DNA from: Chiloscyllium plagiosum
Lineage: Eukaryota
DNA length: 64,000 nucleotides
Direction: 5' to 3'
NCBI RefSeq assembly: GCF_004010195.1
Contig: NC_057711.1
Span: 76,002,208 to 76,066,207 of the forward strand
Both the position numbers and the translations under genes were made by a program. Position 1 is the first letter of the stretch. Every line of letters starts with the position of its first letter. Below, in pieces: positions 11,669 through 23,974 of this stretch. Under the pieces are notes generated by a model. It did not search any database. It was given only the letters and a program-made list of their open reading frames with translations, and was not told the DNA's origin.

Positions 11669-12739
11669 CTGTTGAGTTCCTCAGAATTAGTATATGACCA
11701 ACCACTTTAATTATGAATTATTGAATAAAGACATTCTTAAGAATGCAGTATTTTATTTAGAAAAGTAATTTCTGCACTTATTATAAAAACAAAAGCCTAT
11801 TAATTATAGTAATATAGTTGTTATATTTTTGAAATTTTGCAATAATTGTATGAGTCTCTCCTAGAAGGATGAAATTGAAGGTCTTTGATATGACTTATAT
11901 GGTAATGGAACTGACTTTATCGGCTCAAATTTTGTTAGCAGTGATGGTACTTGTCACTGACTTTGGACAAAGCTGCCCAATGATGATTCAGCAACATCTA
12001 TGGCAGGGATATCACCTTTCCCAACATTATCTTGAATCTGCTGTCAAGTCAATGAACTGTCCAGATGTCCAGCAACAGTGATGCCATCAAGTAGGATGAA
12101 AAGAAAAGACATTGAAGTATTCTTGTAGAGAAGACGCCAGGAAGTAAAATACAACAATTTATATTTCATTTGAATTCTTATTGGACTTCAAAGAAAAAAG
12201 AATAAAAAATAATACATTTTAATAATTATAGCAATTAATCTTAGAACCTGAATTTTCTGAAAAGGTTGAGAAATAAAAAAAATTTAAAAGTTTGGACTTT
12301 TTTAATCAAAATGAGAAAAGTGATGGTGCATAAATTTAGAATTAATCTTCCATAGTTGAAGAGGTTATTCACTAATATTTAATCTTCAATCCACCACTAA
12401 AAACCCAGTTTTTCCTCATTAACAATTTGTAATACTTTTAGGGAAACTTTAATAACTTTAAGTTCAAAGGAAAAGTTCTTGTTTGTTCAATGGCTTTTAA
12501 TTCATTGTAATCTGAAAACACTTCAACAAAAGATTAAGATCATTGACAGCAACCTCTTGGTTTCCATGCTTCATTGGTCATAAATTGCATAATTATGTTT
12601 CATAAAGTGCTGTCAGTTTCAGGGAAGTAAGGATGTTGATATTTATGCCATTGTTATTGCTGCACATCCTACCTGGCCCAGAGGTGTATAATAATATCTC
12701 CAAACAGGTTGATTAGAAAAATAAATGAAATAAATAAAT

Positions 12740-13420
12740 AAGTCATGTCTGGCATGTTGTCCCTGATGCTATACTGCTCTATCATGCTGACGGTAATGTT
12801 CTTCCTGCCTGGTGTCATTATCTTCTTCAGTGGAAGACTGCTGCCACTCTCCCAGTTCTTCAGTTTTCATCAAATCCTCTTTTCACTTGCTGCAATTTTG
12901 TAGAGCACCGCATAGGTTGTCACAACCTAATGCCTGGGCTGTACCACTGACTTCATCACAGGAAAAGCGTTGCGATTCAGCACTTTGGGATCAGCTTTGA
13001 TCCATTTCTGTTGAGGGTTGTGAGATCCTACACAGATCTTTAGTGGAACCTTGGAAACATTGTGTTTTATAAAAAGTTTAACGTAGCTGTCACCTTGCTG
13101 ACCACTGGTACAGGAAGACCACCAATCCCCTCAAGTTACTGTGGCAATGCTCCAGCACATCCTTTGTCTTTGCCGACACTGTGCCATCTAAAGGATGATG
13201 GACTCCGGAACTCTTGTACTTTCTCTATATTTTGAGGGGATCTTTAGCTGCGACTTCTTCATGTGGAATCTGTTCGACAGCTTTTGGAGGTTGTTGCTAC
13301 TTCTGGGTTTACTGTCACATCTGTTCCTCCTTCATTTCACTGCCCCTTTGTAGCACCAGAACCTCAGTGATGATAACCCCTATTGCAGTTGGATCCATTA
13401 AATCTGTGTGAAGAACATGA
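12740..13420 (-). pseudogene. Decayed Harbinger (HARBI1-like) transposase N-terminal half
   Basis: The minus strand, read across frameshifts, gives MDPTAIG...PVVSKVTATLNF/QCFQGSTKDLCRISQPST. This is homologous to 42005-42130. Confidence 0.65.
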
Positions 13421-13734
13421 GAAGCTTAATTCCTTAGTAATGTGAGCAGTCAGCAGGGTCAATGCCTTTGCCTGGATCTTTGACAAAGGGCACTTTATTG
13501 CAAAAAATGTAACTGCAGTAGAGTCACGAATATCTTGTCTCCAAACCCCCGTCCTTCATATCACTTTGTATGTAGAAGTGCTTCCTAGCATCTCTTCTGA
13601 TTGATTTGGTCCTAATTTTTAGACTATGCTCGTAAGTTCTAGAACCTCTAACCTGTGGAAATGGTTTATTTTTATCTGCACTGTCTTTTTTTGTTAATAT
13701 CTTTAAAACTCGATCAAGGCACTCCTTCTTGTAT

Positions 13735-15145
13735 GGTTGTTAAAGTGATAGCTAAGGAGATTGTAGAGGCATTAGTGGTGATCTTTCAGGAATCACTGGA
13801 GTCAGGAATCCCAGAGTACTAGAAAATTGTGAATGTAACACCCCTGTTTAAGAAGGGAGGGAGGCAGAGGACAGGAAATTATAGACTGATTAGCCTGACC
13901 TCAGTTATTGATAAGATTTTAGAATCCATTATTAAACATGAGATTGTGGAGTACTTGGAAGTGAATGGTCAAATCAGGCTGACTCAGTATGGCTTTGTCA
14001 AGGGGAAATTCATTCGCATTCTTTGAGGAGGTAACAAGCAAGTTGGACAACAGAGAACCATTGGATGTGCTGCATTTGGATTTGCAAAAGGTCTTTGACA
14101 AGGAGCCACACAGGAGGCTGCTACATAAGATAAGAGTCCATGATGTTCGTGGCAAGGTACTGACATGGTAAGACATTTGGCTGACTGGCAGAAGGCAGAG
14201 AGTGGGGATAATTGGGACCTTTTTTTAGAATGGCAGCCAATAACTTGTGGAGTTTTGTAGGGGTCAATGTTGGGACCACAACTATTCATGTTATATATTA
14301 ACAATCTGAACAAAGGAACTGAGGGAACAGTTTGCTAGTTTGCAAATGACACAAAGATAGATGGAGGGCTAGGTAATGTTGAGGAAGCGGTGAGACTGCA
14401 GAAGGATTTGTACTGGCCAGACAAAGAAGTGCAGATGGAATTCAATATGGAAAAGCATGAGGTTACACACTTTGGTAGGAGTTATAGAGGCATAAGTTAA
14501 TTTTTAAATGGGGAAATGATTTGGAAATCTGAAGCACAAAGGGACTTCGGAGTCCTAGTTCAGGATTCTCTTAAGGTTAACACACAGGTTTAACTGGCAG
14601 TTGGGAAGGTAAATGCAATGTTAGCATTCATTTCGAGAGGACTAGAACATAAAAGTGTAAATGTATTGTTGGGGCTGTATAAATCTCTGGTCAGGTTGCA
14701 TTTGACCCCCATGTCTAAGGAAGGATTTACAAAGATGTTAGAAGAAAGTGAGGACTGCAGATGCTGGAGATCAGATTTGAAGAATGTGTTGCTGGAAAAG
14801 CACAGCAGGTCAAACAGCATCTGAAGAGCAGAAGAGTCAATATTTTGTGCATAAGCTCATCATCAGGAATGAGGGTATGGCCCACCTCTCAACCCTCTTG
14901 AGCTATCCCCTCATTCCTGATGAAGAGCTTATGCTTGAAACAGCGACTTTACAAGTATGTTGCCAGGATTGGAAGGTTTGAGCAATAGGGAGCAGCTGAA
15001 TAGGCTGGAGCTGCTTTCTGTGGAGTGTCGGAGACTGAGGGGTGACCTTATAGAGGTTTATAAAATTATGAGGGGCATGGATAGGGTAAATAGACAAGGT
15101 ATTTTCCCTGGTATGGGTGACTCCAGAACTAGAAGGCATAGGTCT
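13735..15145 (+). mobile_element. CR1 ORF2 (RT) fragment with a PLE insertion at 14740-14947
   Basis: NVTPLFKKGGRQRTGNYRLISLTS, LDLQKVFDKEPH and RRLRGDLIEVYKIMRG. Confidence 0.85.
14740..14947 (-). mobile_element. PLE-derived fold-back insertion with two decayed HHR motifs
   Basis: The tail gaaagtgaggactgcagatgctgg is at left, and catcaggaatgaggg is inverted to ccctcattcctgatg. Imperfect TSD tttacaaagatgtt / tttacaagtatgtt. Confidence 0.8.
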
Positions 15146-15149
15146 AGTG

Positions 15150-15290
15150 TAATTTATACCATGTATAGCGTGCAATTTATCCTTGCCAACCTTGTTGAAT
15201 GCCTTGCTGAAGTCCATGTAGATCACGTCCACCACTCTGCCCTTAGCAATCCTCTTTGTTACTTTTTCAAAAAACTCAATCAAATTTATG
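15150..15290 (-). mobile_element. Inverted CR1 RT fragment
   Basis: NLIEFFEKVTKRIAKGRVVDVIYMDFSKAFNKV. Confidence 0.75.
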
Positions 15291-17227
15291 AAGAGACACG
15301 TGATTGCTTTTTTACTTCCAGTTCCATCTGCACGACTATACATCTTCTCTGATCCTGATACTGGTGCACCTGTGTTTTATTGCAGTTTTTTACACTACCT
15401 TTCTTTTAACATTTCTTTAAAACCAGGTAGAGCAGGAGCAATGGTCAATTTAAGGATGGTGAGGCATTTTTATTAATTTGTACATTTCAGTTTTTTTTAA
15501 ACATGAATTAGAAGTGATCACAGAATTTACACAGATTTTAGCAATGTCTTGGCATCCTCAAGCTAATAAAACCTCTTTCCAAAAATCATGCTTGAGCAAA
15601 TAATCCTCATGGAATTGCTTTAAGCAGTCATTCAAAGTTGAGAAGACCAGCTGTAATTAATAGCTGATTCAAATATGAAATTCCCACTGGAACTTTTATG
15701 TACTCAGATGTGTATCAGTTTGTTTTGGAACCTAACTTAGATAAGTCACACAGTATAACCAATCCTTAATTTAAAGTCACATTTTTAAATCAGCTGACTA
15801 TTCAATTCTTTGACATGAAATTACTTCATTTTGCTTATTTGCATTCCATAATTGAATTTATTGATTGGCTTAACTATAGAAACATTATTATTGCAACCTA
15901 CTGTTATGGCAGATTCGAGAGAGACTGGGAACTCTGCACTGAGTAACTCAACAAAAGAAAATAATGTAAATATTTGACAAGTCATCAGGAAGTGAAATCA
16001 AAAGTTTCCAGTTAGCTGCTATCAGTGAGAAAATTTGCTTTGAGGTCTATAATTAAAGGCATAAACTATAATGTATGATTTTCAAAAAAAAAAGTCCACT
16101 CACATCAACTGTTATTAGTTGAGTTAACCTGCACAGCATTGATAAGCTTGTGCCTCCAGCCATTCTCAAGTGCTGCTGCTAATAATGAGACAGAAATACT
16201 TCGCATGGTGTAGTTTTCCCAGCATAGTTACTGAGTTTGACCCCACAGGTACACCAAAACTAATTTTATATTTTGCAGTGATAATTACTCAAACTCTTAG
16301 GAATTAGATTTAAACAGAAGTGAGAAGACTCCACAGACCTTAAAAAGTGGTGGAAGGGAACCAGATGTGGAAGTCCCACCTCAATTTCTGACAGATCCAA
16401 ATTTTATAAGTAAGACAAAGAAGATTCAAATGTAATGGAAACCTAAACTTATCAGGACCTTCTGAATGTTGTATTGAATTTGTACTGACCCCATTTTGGC
16501 TGTTGCAAGGATTTTATCCATTGTGTTGGCCACTCACAAGGCACAGCCTTGTATTATAGGGTTTAGCATTGAGATGCTACAGCAGGCACACTTTGCTGTT
16601 ACAGATAAGGAGCCAGCTCACAGATTAGACCAGGGTGCATCTCAGGGTGGTTCACTTTCTCTCCTGGTACTCCCACACTCGCCTTTGTGCAAACTCTATG
16701 CATCCTTGCCAGCCTTGCTGTGCCAATTAATATGGACACACTACTAGGAGCTTGCATTGCTGATCATGTCAATGGAGTGTGCGTCTTGCTGTATGCCAGT
16801 GTGGTACGTCAATCACACCTTCATCGTGTGCCAGCAGATTTGGTGGCAGACATGCAGCAAGTGAACAGCCATGTTTTAGAGTTTTAGCGGAGTAGTCCTC
16901 ACCAAAATCCATGGAGGCACCCGTCAATCGAGGATTGGAGGCTGCTAAGGCTAATGTGGTCATGGGGATATATAGCAATCATTCATGGATTTGTGCAACT
17001 CTCATCTGGACTATCCAGCTAAGCTGCCCTTGGAGTTAGACAACAATCTGTCAGTTGTGTCTGCCCTCAAAGACTAAAGGTAAAGGATTGGTTAAATGGG
17101 TGGGGTTAGGTTGGTGGTAAGCACCAAGGAAACCGATGATATGGGATGGAGCCTTGGCAAGTTAATCTTTAGATTAGAGTGGTGCTGGAAAAGCACAGCA
17201 GTTCAGACAGCATCCAAGGAGCAGGAA

Positions 17228-17263
17228 AATCGACGTTTCGGGCAAAAGCCCTTCATCAGGAAT
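17228..17263 (-). ncRNA. Minimal type I hammerhead ribozyme, intact core
   Basis: Minus strand ATTC CTGATGA A GGGC TTTT GCCC GAAA C GTC GATT. Palindromic stem III ACGU and a GUC cleavage triplet. Confidence 0.75.
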
Positions 17264-17332
17264 ACAGGCAGAGTGCCTGAAGGGTGGAGAGATAAATGAG
17301 CCTCTCATTTATCTCTCCACCCTTCTGCCTGT

Positions 17333-17368
17333 ATTCCTGGTGAAGGGCTTTTGCCCGAAACGTCGATT
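17333..17368 (+). ncRNA. Minimal hammerhead motif with A6>G core change
   Basis: ATTC CTGGTGA A GGGC TTTT GCCC GAAA C GTC GATT. Confidence 0.55.
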
Positions 17369-18779
17369 TTCCTGCTCCTTGGATGCTGTCTGAACTGCTG
17401 TGCTTTTCCAGTACCACTCTAATCCAGAATCTGGTTTCCAGCATCTGCAATCATTGTTTTTACCAAGTTAATCTTTGGGACTTGTTGGTTGACAATGGAA
17501 AAAAAGTCCATTGAGATGCCTGTGACTGGGGTAATGTTGGATCAGAGTCTGGTGAAGTGCCTCCTCTGCTAATTCTCCAGGAAGAGAACTCTTCTCTTTT
17601 GCACCACTTCCTCAAGGTTTCCAGTCCTCCAACATCTTCTACAAACACCCTTAACCATATCAATCAGAGCCGTTGTTTTGCGAGTGTGGTGTCAGGCATT
17701 TTTGCGGAGCTGATAATATCATAGAAAAATATATTCGGAGGCTGTGACCTTCATTGCTATTCTCATTCGGCACTTGGGGAACCTGTCAGTTTCTTTAAGA
17801 TAAAGATTTGGATCCAGGGTCTTGCCTGAGAAGATTCCACTCTTTGGACAACCAATGACTTTCTCCCAAAGGCCTCTGCCCTCCAAACTTTTCACTACCT
17901 TACAATCTATCACCATGACCCATGCTCTGTCTCTCCTCCTTGTCCTCTGCCCTTCTTCCACTCACAACCAGGACCCTGTCCATGCTATCCCCTCCAGGGC
18001 CTTTAATCTCATTCATTTTCAGACTCCATATCAACAGCTTCACCCCCTCCCCACAATATCATTCCCTAATGAGCCCCCACCAAACTTCTGGCTGACGCTA
18101 TCCAGTTAATGCTATCACACTCCAAGCTGCAACATCTAATTTCCTGCCTGGCTGCTGCCCTTTTTGGCTGCAGTTCCCTCCTGCGAACCCGTGATAACAA
18201 TCACAACCCTCCTTATTGCTCCCTTCCTGCCCTTGTTCCTGTTGCAGTGGTAACTGCTGCTATTGCCATCAGTCACTGCCTCTCCACGTGGCTGATGCCT
18301 CACTTTGGTGAAACGTTTGTGATGAACACATGATGGCACTAAAACTGCACAGTGTGGAGTAATTCCTAACCCTTCTGGGTCAGGTGATTTAAAAATCTAC
18401 ATTTCTTATCTGAAATACTGCACTCTGGGTGAATAATAATTTGTTGATTGTCACTTAAATCATTAACGGAGCCGTACTGCTTTCACATTGAGTGATAAAT
18501 GCACAAGCCTCTTCATATCAATTCTCCAGCTGCTACCATTTGTACAGGTGACTTCATCATGCAAGTCTCGAAATGCCATTGCTTTCAAGTAATGGGCCCC
18601 TTTCCTATACAAATCAGGACCCCTAGATGTCACTGCACTGTCTTCCCATGTGTCATGTAATTCATGTGAATTCAGTGAAGGAGTGGACCCTTGTGCCTGC
18701 TTCACAATTGGACAAGATTAAGGTTTATCTGATTGTGTCTTCATCTTCACTTTCCTACACTTTGACTCTCTTGTTAATT

Positions 18780-19010
18780 AAGGATCCCACTCGGCCTTCA
18801 AAATACTTAATGTGCTGCCTCCACTGCTCTCTGAAGAAGAGAATTCTATAGACTTATGAGCCTCTAAGAGTAAAGAAAAACTCACCTCCGTCTTACCTGA
18901 GAGACTCCTGATTTTTAAACTGTGCCCTCCAGCTCTATACCCTTGCAGAAGGGGAAACATCCTCTCAGCGCCCACCCTGTCAAATCCCCTCAGGATCTTG
19001 TACATTTAAA
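18780..19010 (-). mobile_element. Old CR1 3' fragment
   Basis: MYKILRGFDRVGAERMFPL..GHSLKIR. Confidence 0.7.
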
Positions 19011-20301
19011 TAATATTTCAATCTTCAATTTTTTTTGCAGAGAGAAAGCAAATGTTGTGGTTATTTTAACAATTAAACAGATCATTGGAAGTATATTATG
19101 ATGGACAGTAAACTATCTGATGGAAAGAAAAAATATATGACAGCATACAACATATACCATGAGAGTAGGTTGCTCTGTTATAAATCCTGGGCTAGGCCAT
19201 AGTTTATTTGGTTACAGAAGAGTAAAGAAGCTAATTGTCTTTCAATTTAAAAAAAATCTATTCTATAATCAAAATATGAGACACCCTCAGAAGCACAGTG
19301 ATGCCAGTATCCTAGCATTCAACTGCCTGATGTTGAAAGGTTTCCACTTGCTGCCCAAAATTGTTCCCAAAGGATGTTTTTTTCCATTGTTATAATTTAG
19401 TGCTACCCATGGAAAAGGATTGCTCCTATTTGCTTCGCAAAAGCATTGGGGGATGTTGTCAATCCATATCATCTCTTCACTCTAAATCTTTCAACATTAC
19501 CTGTGCAGTGGGATCCAGCTGCAATTTGCCACTGAGCTATCCGATATGACGCTGGTCCAAAGCCAGGAGATTGCCAACTCCAGAGAAAATGAGTGTGGGC
19601 CTTGAAGATGGGCATTGTAAATCACCCGAGCTTTCCTAACTTGGTGAAACCTTTTGTCGTTTCTCCAAATTACAGCTGATCTGCTGAATAGTATGCACCT
19701 CATTTACATTGGCACCCATTTATAGGTTACAAAGAGCAGTTCTTTCTGAATATTGATTGCCCATCAATGAAATCAACGGCCTTCCATCTCGGCCATACTT
19801 AGCCCAATAACGTATCAAGAAAAGATTGTGTATTGCTAACATATGCAAAACAATTCACCTCTTCTTTATCCCAACCAGCGTAAACATGCAATATTCTGCC
19901 CACAAATGAATGAAGTCTGAAGCAGAAATGTTTTTCAAAGGTGAGCACTCACAAAATACTAAATAAATTAATCAAAGAAAGCCTGTAAAAGCCATGTGGT
20001 TTCAAGTTAAGCACTGTCTGTCTTTCATTGGATTGGGAGTTGAAGAGAAAAGCCATACAAATTATCTGAATATAACCTAACATATCAACTAGCAACAAGT
20101 TTGGATTGTAGCAGTTTTTCTGGTGCTCTAACTCAATATTTCACTTGCCCTTATTATTTCAGGATTTAACATTTTCCTGAGCAATACACAATGGCACTGT
20201 TACCATTAACATATCTTTCATCTTTATTTCCATCTCCTGCAAATCATCTTATTTGATGAACATTAAATTACATTTGACATCAAATGGCCTGATTATCTGA
20301 A

Positions 20302-20596
20302 AGTGGTTAGCACTGTTGCCTCACAGCGCCAGAAACTCGGGTTCAATTCCCGCCTCAGGCAACTGACTGTGTGGAGTTTGCATATTCTCCCCGCGTCTGC
20401 GTGGGTTTCCTCCGGGTGCTCCAGTTTCCTCCCACAGTTAGGTGAAAATGTGCAGGTTAGGTGAATTGGCCATGCTAAATTGCCCGTAGTGTTAGGTGTA
20501 GGGGAATGGGTCTGGGTGGGTTGCGCTTCGGTGGATCGGTGTGGACTTGTTGGGCCGAAGGGCCTGTTTCCACACTGCAAGTAATCTAAATCTAAA
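20302..20596 (+). mobile_element. HE1-type tRNA-derived SINE (slightly 5'-truncated)
   Basis: B box gggttcaattccc, core tgtgtggagtttgcatattctccccg and CR1-like tail gggcctgtttccacactg..(taatc)n. Confidence 0.9.
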
Positions 20597-20879
20597 TTTC
20601 AGTCTCCCAGCCTCCGCTTTCATTGCTTATAGTACCTTTTCATGCCCTACTTTAGTCTCATTAGAAATTTAGAAATATTAAATGGAATTTTCTCAGGCCA
20701 CTAAAGGTCTGAGATCAGAGAAGGGGTAGCATTTAAAAAAATGTTGGAAGACAATCATCTGGAGATCTTCTGCCTTCTCCCATATTTTTGGATCAATCAG
20801 AAGCAAATGCTCCTTGTGATAACCATGAAGGCAATTCACAGCTGCATCTCCAAAGGCTGCTATTGACCCTTTAAACACA

Positions 20880-20972
20880 TGCTTCCAATTAGACCTGTCA
20901 GACTATAACCCCGTGTTGTGTGATTTTTAACTTTGTCCACCCCAGTCAAACACTGGCTCCTCCACATCATGG
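20880..20972 (+). mobile_element. PLE-derived family 2 3' fragment beginning near the predicted HHR cleavage site
   Basis: tgcttccaatt...gttgtgtgatttttaactttgtccaccccagtc...tccacatcat. Confidence 0.8.
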
Positions 20973-23440
20973 AATTTTTAAAGCATCGAACTGCCTAACT
21001 GAAAACATCCCAGAGGCAGCTTATTAAGTGGTTGCCATCTGCAAAGAGCAACAGAAAGAGCTACAATTCATCAGTTTAGGTTTTCTATCTGGAAACGTCC
21101 CCATATTTTAGCAAGGAAAGGGCGGTAAAATTCCATCCATTGCTTGCCAATTCTTCGTTCAAGCCAATAATATAGATAAAAAGTTAACAGAAGTCCCAAG
21201 GTAATTCCTGGATATCCCTTTCATAACCTCTTTCCAGTCAAGCTCCTATATATAACCATTCTGTTTCCTGTTGTTTTGATTCTATTTGGATCTGAGCCAA
21301 AATCTCATAAATTAAACAATACTATATGTACTCATCAACAAAGGAAAATATTGCTTTTAATGATTTTGGAACCAATGTAGATCAAAGGCTGATGGTTGAG
21401 TGTGAGTTATTGGATTTGGTGTGAGTTATGATACAGACACCCGAGCTTGGATGAACTGAAGTTCATGGCAGTTAGATGATGGGAGGCTGCAGGTCAATCT
21501 TAAATAGTCCATTCTGTAAATAACTGAAGGGGCAGAAGCAGGCAATATTATGGAGATCAAAAGGGATCTTGGTATTAAGAAAGATATGAGATTAGAAGTT
21601 TATCTCAGAGCCAAATAGAGTGGAATCATGATGCATCTTGTTTAGATAATCCAAAATTCCAGTGTATTGAAGTTGTCAGACTAGGAGCACTACCAGCAGA
21701 ATAACAAACCCAATAGAATGATGACCTCGATAAACTGAATTTGTGGACTGGTAATTGCAGACCAGCTGACCTCATGCAATCTTTTCATATGACTATGCCA
21801 ATCAGATTCCAAGTTAGACCACACTAGAGTAAGAACTCATGGAGATCTAGGTAAACTTTCATTTGATGCTAGGCTGACCCTGTGGAAGAACATTCAAACC
21901 CAGCAAGTGGCTAGACCTGCAAGAAAGTTAATTGTGTTGTCAATTGTAGAGAAACTGAAGCAAAGGGAAAACTGTGGCAGAAGGTGGATATGACAAAGGA
22001 GTGGGAAGTTTAATTATTGAGTCTGTCAATTATTCTGATGCTCAAGCATTTGGAACAATTATGGCAGCAATGACAAGTGACTGGTCTCACTCACATCTTG
22101 AATGACTGTGTACCAAGAAAAATTTTTAATGTGTTACATAGGTGCTCCTCGTCTATCTTAAGACTCTGTTTAACACAAATTTCTGTGTAGATCTCCTGTA
22201 ATTTGACTCATCACAGTTTCACTTTTGTTGAGGTTGTGAATAGTCTGGTTCAGCTTCAAAGTCCTATGAAGGGGATGGAATTGGTGGGTTGAGAAGAGAA
22301 TTTAGGACAGGATCACGGCCTAAGCTGCCAAAATGTACTTGGAGGAACTCTTTTTTCATTTTATATTGAGTATCAGGCTAGCAGCATGACAAATGATATA
22401 CAATGGAACTGTTAAAAGAAGTGCCGGCAAGGCAGAGCTAGGTCTTACCAGTGTTTCATTTGACTCTGATGTTGCCTTTGTAGTTGATGTCCCTGAGGGG
22501 CTATAAGTTGATGAGAAATATTTCACTCTATGTTTGCCTATGTGAGCATACTGGGGCAAGTGCTCAACCAATTACCAATTAGCGATTGAGATAAAAATTG
22601 GTTATTTAGAGGGATTCAGTTGTCTCTTACAAGGTTGCACTAGAACAAAAGACTGAGCAACGAAAGGAGATTTTCAAATATCAAATATCTGTTGCCATTC
22701 ACAAGATTGTCACCAACTGCAAAACTTCCCTCCATAAAGACCCCGACACCTGTTTCTCAGGTTTCTATTTTATGTTTCAAATTTCCCTTGTTCAGCTTCT
22801 CTTTCACCTTGGCAATAATTCTCACCTCTGAGGTTAGTGCTGAGAAATTTGGGGCCTTGACCATTATCCACACTTGGCCCTAAACCCCTGGGGCCTGGAA
22901 TCACCAGGAATTTGTGATTGATTAGTTGGATTGCTAGAAAATTTTCTGCTTGGTCTTGATCCTCTGGCAGAAGTGTAAAAACTTTTAAATGTCAGCAATA
23001 AATTCTTCATCATTTGTAACCAATCGAAACAATCTTTATGCTGACAGAAGTGTGGAACTCATCATGTAGGAGTCTGTCAAATATAGTTAAAGTCAATTTT
23101 CCAATCCAACTCCTGAGTCCTTAGAAGACAGGACCAGTTAAATTAGTCATGAGATTCCATTCTATTTGCATACTGTTAGAACAGCAGCGTCTGACAGAAA
23201 AATCACAGGAAATTGGAGAGTCAGGGAATTGAACAGTTGGCTGTGAAGCATAGGTCACTTTCATTTCCTAATCTAGTCTCCTGACATTTCAATCAGCTGT
23301 GAAATTCAGCCATTCCACTGACACACAAACAAATCTGTCTCACAACCAAATGTGAGATTCTCAATCTGCACTGTCTCTTGACATTTTCATCAGCTCTGAA
23401 GATTTGGCTATACTATAAATGTAGACACTAAGAATTATGC

Positions 23441-23561
23441 GAGGTAAAAACAATGACTGCAGATGCTGGAAACCAGGGAGGGCTTTTGCCCGAAACGTCG
23501 ATTTTGCCTGTCCTCGGATGCTGCCTGAATTGCTGTGCTCTTCCAGCACCACTGATCCAGA
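23441..23561 (-). mobile_element. PLE-derived inverted insertion with a perfect 14-bp TSD
   Basis: TSD ACTAAGAATTATGC at 23427-23440 and 23562-23575. A 36-nt reversed tail is joined to an opposite-orientation arm starting in HHR stem II. Confidence 0.9.
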
Positions 23562-23974
23562 ACTAAGAATTATGCAGCAGCCCTGTAGGATAATGTATAT
23601 ACTTTCTCATATCTCTCTCACACATGGATGTGCGGTTTTGTCTTATTAGTAGATTTTTTTTCCTAAGTAATATGATGACATCATGGGTGGTGCCCTTTCT
23701 AATCCACTAATAATAGGGCAAAGGTTCATAAAAATGATCCTGAGGGTATCTCAACAGAATAACTTGACTTTATTACCATTGAGATGCAAAAAGCAAAAGC
23801 CAGACAGTTTCTCACAAGGAGAAAATTTGTCAGGAGTAGGTCCTATTCTTGTCAACCACAGCACAAGAGGTTTATACCATAAGTCCATATCCTACTAACA
23901 TGTCATGCAGCCCTTCAGGTGTCTAATACACTGCACTGCTTCACTATTCATTCCAATGCTGACCTTGTTTACAT

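Larger units (their letters stand above)
17171..17463 (+). mobile_element. Young PLE-derived fold-back (hairpin) insertion with a perfect 13-bp TSD
   Basis: TSD CAAGTTAATCTTT at 17158-17170 and 17464-17476. Arms at 17172-17300 and 17304-17424, with a 3-nt loop and a 39-nt unpaired 3' tail. Confidence 0.92.
16490..18350 (-). mobile_element. Possible highly decayed Harbinger remnant hosting the 17171-17463 insertion
   Basis: The minus ORF 17719-17961 ends RMRIAMKVTASEYIF, like the LPVAVKVTAALNFF motif. Weak. Confidence 0.3.

Noticed and set aside
11865..12130. Exon with in-frame TGA codons (selenoprotein or readthrough idea)
   Set aside because: Several stops in protein-like frames on both strands, no recognisable protein or SECIS, and adjacent Harbinger debris. 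Decay is the simpler explanation.
17171..17463. DNA-transposon MITE or miRNA precursor
   Set aside because: The asymmetric tail, long variable TSD, variable hinge and homology to the PLE 3' end favour retrotransposition. There are no expression data for a miRNA call.
19497..19720. Minus-strand exon ending at cag|gtaatg
   Set aside because: No convincing acceptor, recognisable protein or partner exons.
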